A program made the translations under genes and the position numbers. A DNA stretch of 64,000 nucleotides. It comes from Lama guanicoe. Taxonomy: Eukaryota. Every line of letters begins with the position of its first letter. The stretch's first letter is position 1. The notes under the pieces are model-generated. The model had not been told where the DNA came from. It saw only the letters and a program-made list of their open reading frames with translations, and searched no databases. Below, one piece after another: positions 63,289 through 64,000 of this stretch. The stretch spans positions 186,001-250,000 of the forward strand of contig MU053216.1 of assembly GCA_013239625.1 (NCBI GenBank), given 5' to 3'.

Positions 63289-63363
63289 CTGCGGGCAGAG
63301 CTGTCCGCACGTGTGTCTGTGGTGTTCACCCCACCGCTCCGCCCACAGTGTCCTCCTGCAGCC

Positions 63364-63532
63364 ATGAGGAGCATCTTCAAGAGGAACCAGGAGCCTGCGG
63401 TGGCTCCCGCCACCACCGCCGCGCCTGTCGGGCCCGCAGACAACACCACGGAGAGCGGGGGTGCTGGGAAGACCAAGGACGTGTTTGCCAAGATGGGGGA
63501 GCAGTTCTTCAATGACATGAAGCTGATCCCCT
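63364..63532 (+). CDS. SYT2: Synaptotagmin-2, first coding exon (luminal N-terminus; partial CDS, phase-1 donor, gene continues beyond the window)
   Basis: Translates [56 protein letters not shown], matching the recalled mammalian SYT2 N-terminus ([29 protein letters not shown]...D.FAK...FFN...IP). GCCATG start context, N-glycosylation sequon NTT retained, donor CCT|GTGAGT at 63533. Acceptor AG at 63347-63348 (alternative AG at 63360-63361). Confidence 0.95.
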
Positions 63533-64000
63533 GTGAGTGCCCCTCGCGCCCGGGGGCCGGGCTGGGGCCCTGTGGGTGGGACGGCTGAGACCCTGCCCGG
63601 ATTACTGGGGGACCCACTTCGGGGGGTGGCAGTGTGGTCTGGCAGTAACGAGGGAAGGAGGGGCTTTATGCCCTGACCACACGCCCAGAGGCAAAATGTT
63701 CCTGTAATGTAGGAGACTGTCGGAAGAGAAGATAAAAAGTGACGGGACAGAAACTGTCATTCACGTTTCTAGCCACACTCTGAAACCGCTTTATTTCAGA
63801 CAATAGAACATAAAAGCCCCCTGCTTCCTGGATTTCTGGCCAGGCCTGGTGCGAGGTCCAGTCCAGGGAGCCAGCCCGCTGGGAGACGGTGCTTCAGGCC
63901 CATCCCCAAAGCCTGCAGGAGCTGAGGGCGCTTGCCTTCCGACCCTCGGCCAGGGCGGACAAGGCCCCACCCACCCTGCAAGGGTCCAAGCAGAGCCTGC

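Noticed and set aside
63533-63588. ORF continuation [18 protein letters not shown] after the SYT2 exon
   Set aside because: Read-through past the GTGAGT donor into the intron
1-64000. CRISPR arrays, tRNA/rRNA genes, operons or prokaryotic defence systems
   Set aside because: The sequence is mammalian; no regularly spaced repeat-spacer structure or structured RNA gene was recognised

Overview
GC-rich placental-mammal genomic DNA, not prokaryotic: the 5' part of the synaptotagmin-2 (SYT2) locus on the + strand. The only supportable coding sequence is the first coding exon of SYT2 (ATG 63364, donor after 63532; [11 protein letters not shown]...FFNDMKLIP). A CpG island at ~41.6-43.3 kb carries a likely non-coding first exon (donor CGG|GTAAGA after 42677). 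A near-perfect REST/NRSF RE1 site lies at 11730-11750. The rest is intronic/upstream DNA with ancient repeats (MIR, L2, CR1/L3, L1M, MER5, MER58, MER2, Tigger1, LTRs; several nested), microsatellites and a 305-N gap. Nearly all listed ORFs are GC-content artefacts. Most notable: (1) the SYT2 luminal helix that serves as receptor for botulinum neurotoxins B/G/DC is heavily substituted; (2) old repeats show pervasive AT->GC drift with new CpGs, suggesting GC-biased gene conversion; (3) no young lineage-specific SINE is visible in 64 kb; (4) a largely MIR-derived cluster of ERR half-sites lies just downstream of the promoter. I found no evidence of a wholly new multi-gene system. Repeat family calls and orthologue comparisons are from recalled consensus sequences, not database searches, and repeat boundaries are approximate.
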